DNA of 63,800 nt, the filler included, from Collodictyon triciliatum (Eukaryota): the NCBI GenBank assembly GCA_043381765.1. It is 6 parts of 6 records of this genome, joined end to end, with 100 filler letters (N's around TTAATTAATTAA, not from the genome) between each part and the next. Parts side by side here need not be neighbours in the genome. Positions count along the whole stretch, not along the records: positions 61,268 to 63,800 come from JBHJMP010002000.1; 5 more parts are not named here. One strand, 5' to 3'. The position numbers and the translations under genes were made by a program. Positions 61,268 to 63,800 of the stretch are shown here, one piece after another. The notes beneath the pieces are model-generated. The model was not told where the DNA came from and did not search any database. It was given only the letters and a program-made list of their open reading frames with translations. Each line of letters begins with the position of its first letter. Positions within the stretch are counted from its first letter, which is position 1.

Positions 61268-62950
61268 GCGCGCTGGACGAGGCCAACCGAATCCTCTCTG
61301 AAGGCGCGCTGCTATCCGCACCAAAGTACACCTCGGGCTACTTCTCGCTTCTTCAGGTTGATACTCAGTACACAATAACACGGCACCGATTAATTCCATA
61401 TAGTCGAAGACACAAACTATGCTCAACATTATAATATACATGAATATTTCAGTTTACAGCAAGCGAGCTAACATTATAATACTTCCAGATTATATACCGG
61501 TCGTCATCAGAGCCACACTTTGCCATCATTCGAATATGCGATATACGTACAGAGGCCACTGCATTTATCACACCAGAGGCTTTGTCAACACTTTATCATC
61601 AATTGTATGTCTAGGTCACTTCGTTTCATGTGCATGAGTTAGTTTTTTTTTTTTTTTAGAAAAAAAATTAATGCAATGCAGTATAATTTTAGTCTAAAAT
61701 GTTTTCATGCCTAAGGGAAGAGAAAATGCTCAAGTGCAACCTTTCTGATTACATCGGTGCTATTTTCTTTGCTGAGAAGGCCCAATACGAATTTTTCACA
61801 GACAAAGAATATCCTGTCATACTCAATATATACAAACTCTCGATTGTATCTGCTCTAGCCATATCTGTCGAGGAGAACCTAGTAAATGTAAACGACTGCA
61901 TTCCCTCAAAGTACGGTAGTATATAGTAGCATCCCTTCTCCTTTTTTTTTCCACGTAGTTTTTAGGTCATTCCATTTACATCAAAATGCATGATTTTTGG
62001 ATCAAATAAAAGGAGAAAAAATCATGTATGTTGATATGCTTATTATTATAAAGATATTATTACATCAAATAACAGACTCGGAGATTCAATCAAAGTCTTT
62101 GCACAGCAACAAATAATCGCAAAAAAAAGACAATCTTCTGGGATTATGGAGACTAAGGATAAATTTGATCCTCTTGTCCCTCTTGTTGTTCAAGAAAAGA
62201 GACTTAATCACATATACCGGCTTGAATGCGAAAACTCTGAGTCGAACGATCCAATATCGTTATTGATTCGACTTGCAGACGACCAGCCTCTTCTGGTTAC
62301 TGAAAATGCTGTAATTAGTGCGTGCAATTACCCCAGAGGATTTGGCTCCTTCGATGACTTGGACTTTATTGTCAGCGAAGAACAGAAGATTTTATTAATG
62401 CAAAGTATAAATTCCACTTCAAATAATATTCAATACTTGTCACTTTTTGGGCTCAATATAAGAGTTTTTTTTTTTAAAAAAAAAAGGATGTGATATTTCA
62501 GATATCATCGATTCAAGTCTTCCTTCGGTTGATTAGGCCTTAATATCCAGCAAGATAGAAGTGGGATGGTCCAAACACAATGTGAGGATGTTCTTGTACA
62601 TAGCGACCTTGATTTATCGCCATGTGTCGAAGCTGAGAACGTAAGTCCCTCTTTAAATTAATATTTTACATGCTTGCAAAAGATGCATCAGTGTATTTGA
62701 TTGTTGAGGAAATCGTGCTAAATGGAAATCTTCCTTTGAATTATTTTTTAATTCATATGAGGGAGTAAGTGCCCTTTCAGTATGGTTTGTTTTGCTTGTA
62801 TTTTTTCTTTTATTCGATTCAAATTTTCTTGTATTTTTCTTAAAGAAATAAGCAGAGTAAAAATATTTCATCTGCCGTTATTAAAATGAATTCTTAGCCT
62901 CCCAAGTATAATATCGACCGAAACGAAGATTCTACTGAACTAACATGCCC
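61268..62950 (+). CDS. Hypothetical multi-exon protein (partial)
   Basis: Successive AG/GT-bounded open segments: ALDEANRILSEG, IIYRSSSEPHFAIIRI, CNLSDYIGAIFFAEKA and ETKDKFDPLVPLVV. No family recognised and the end is uncertain. Confidence 0.5.
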
Positions 62951-63800
62951 GACAGTGGTGACAAATATGGAAGCACAAGCGCATAAAACGCAATTCTCTG
63001 GGTCTTCTCTGGATAAAGTCCGTCTCTTATAATGCCCGATTGTGACTTGATCATCATATGCAAATACCACCTAACCAGGAACATAACAACTGGGATTAAT
63101 AACAATACAGATCATCATTTCACTGGACATAGAAGAGCTTATGCAGAAAAATCAGATAACATTTGCTACCCCACACGGAGAAGCGATGGTTCATCCGCAG
63201 TGGCAAAACCAAGCAGCCGTGGTTGAAGACACACCACTGAATTATAATCCGAATGTTCATGCAACAAAATTCCTCAATCTTTGTCAGAAAACACCAGAAA
63301 TCCCCAAAGATATGTGTGCCTTTCTAGTCGATTACTACTCTATGAAACAGTAACACATAAATAAATCACACCACCGAAAACATCACCACCCTTCTCTACC
63401 TTTTAAAAATTTGATTCAAATGACGGTTCACAGAAGTATTTGCATTCAGTTGCAACATTAATACAGAGTCCATTCTTTGTTTCGTACTGTGCAACGTTCG
63501 ATGATAACTTTGCGACAGTAAATAGTTTAAATAAATAAAAATCTAGATAAAAATTTGAAATTTCTTGAGTTGAATAAATGAAAATAATAAATATTTAGGC
63601 TCGACCTAAATTGAATTGATGTTGGTGTAATTTTCAAAAGATATATACGAATTCTGATACAAATCTCACCGAAAAAAAAGGGATTTAAGGCACATGATTC
63701 CTTTCTTTGTTTGTTTGTTTGTTTGTTTGTTTGTTTGTTTGTTTGTTTGTTTGTTTGTTTGTTTGTTTGTTTGTTTGTTTGTTTGTTTGTTTGTTTGTTT

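Noticed and set aside
62990-63353. Short ORFs possibly from a retroelement 3' end
   Set aside because: No recognisable motif could be supported.

Overview
Intron-rich, AT-rich unicellular eukaryote (protist-type) genomic DNA read with the standard genetic code and GT-AG introns. The window is not contiguous. It is six assembly pieces joined by an artificial 100-nt spacer (N44-TTAATTAATTAA-N44): 1-14441, 14542-28977, 29078-43516, 43617-58024, 58125-61167 and 61268-63800. Piece 1 holds a tandem cluster of FG-GAP beta-propeller type I membrane genes (two intact, one pseudogene) whose stalks are encoded by symmetric micro-exons, followed by a cholesterol-oxidase-like GMC/alpha-beta-hydrolase fusion gene. 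Piece 2 holds a USP9X/24/34-type deubiquitinase. Piece 3 holds the 3' half of a CAMKK-like kinase, a microbial-type PARG with C-terminal PBZ-like fingers, a decayed non-LTR retrotransposon and one copy of a dispersed repeat. Piece 4 holds a GT8-like membrane protein, a second copy of that repeat, small hypothetical genes and a Kelch-BTB (LZTR1-like) gene. The most unusual piece is the 3,043-bp piece 5. It carries an intronless 768-aa AEP primase-PriCT2-SF3 helicase gene preceded by an iteron-like array (AAACTATGT x6 and x3, plus an inverted copy), which looks like the replication module of a virus-, polinton- or plasmid-like element. All exon boundaries and family calls were made by eye and are unverified by database search.
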